Shown here in pieces: positions 63,261 to 64,000 of a stretch of 64,000 nucleotides of DNA (its first letter is position 1; each line of letters begins with the position of its first letter). Both the position numbers and the translations under genes were made by a program. The notes under the pieces are model-generated. The model searched no databases and was not told the origin of the DNA. It worked only from the letters and a program-made list of their open reading frames with translations. The DNA is from Lama glama (Eukaryota), in NCBI GenBank assembly GCA_028534125.1, contig CM052842.1:26412001-26476000 (forward strand), written 5' to 3'.

Positions 63261-64000
63261 GAAATTCTGCCCCCCCCCATATAGGAATGCAGGCCTACAT
63301 ATACTTAAAAAACAGAAACAAACACCAAAATAAGTACCTGGTAAGAGACAGAAAGATTCAAATATTTAAAGAGACCCTGGGCCTGTTTTGGCCCTCCAGG
63401 CTCCCCCAAGGGGGGAGAGTGTTGCAGTGAATTTGCAGAAAGGAAGAACGAGGTTTTGGGTAAAGTTGTTTTTTGTTTTTTGTTTTTTGTTTTAAATAGG
63501 ACTAACCTGGCAGAAAATTCAGAGAAATGAATAAGCAAGGATTTTGTTTGTCCACAGTGGAGAAGCTGAGAGGGAACCAAGGTGAAGAATCAGTTGTGTG
63601 GGAGAAAACTTTGCCATCTCTAGGGGGCCGGGCGGCCTGGGGCTTGGGGCTCTGAGCAGCTCCAAGCACAGCCCCTCAGCCCCAGCTCAGGACTCCTGAG
63701 GAGGGTCACAACCAAGCCCTGTGCCTGGGTGCTACTCACCTGGCGCTGGCCCCTCTGTGTGAAGATGCTGGTCACACTAGAGACCACCTGTCATGACACC
63801 TGTGGTCACAATAGGATGAAGTCAGGGTCTCCAACCTCCCAGTGAGAGAAGCATTCTCCACCTCATTACATAGGTGAAACTCAGAGATGCTAGGTCACTG
63901 GCCACTTCCCAGTGTCCCTCCATCCTTCGAACATCCTGGCCGTTCTTCTAATGCATGGCTGTGCGCCTCCAATCCCAGAATCCACATGTCTGTTTTCGCC

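Noticed and set aside
11000-64000. A novel multi-gene system or second protein-coding gene
   Set aside because: No ORF with a recognisable domain or consistent exon chain was found; the region is explained by interspersed repeats and putative regulatory DNA.

Overview
Mammalian genomic DNA, most likely a camelid (alpaca or camel), judged from two tRNA-derived Vic-1-type SINEs. The only protein-coding gene I can support is ZNF706 on the + strand. It has a CpG-island promoter and non-coding exon 1 (donor after 2664). The first coding exon is probably hidden in the N-run at 5857-6036. Exon 7789-7896 is fully visible and encodes TQMPDPKTFKQHFESKHPKTPLPPELADVQA*. A long terminal 3'UTR exon runs from about 8.6 to 10.9 kb. 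The remaining ~53 kb is repeat-rich intergenic sequence (MIR, L2, L3/CR1, old L1, MLT1/MER21 LTRs, hAT-Charlie elements, young lineage-specific insertions). It also holds an orphan CpG island at ~57.2-57.65 kb and a 622-bp young solo LTR with an ordered CCAAT/octamer array at 62.0-62.6 kb. I see no evidence of a new multi-gene system; the best leads are regulatory. Repeat families were recognised by eye from remembered consensus sequences, so subfamily names and boundaries are approximate. Almost all ORFs in the supplied track are judged spurious.
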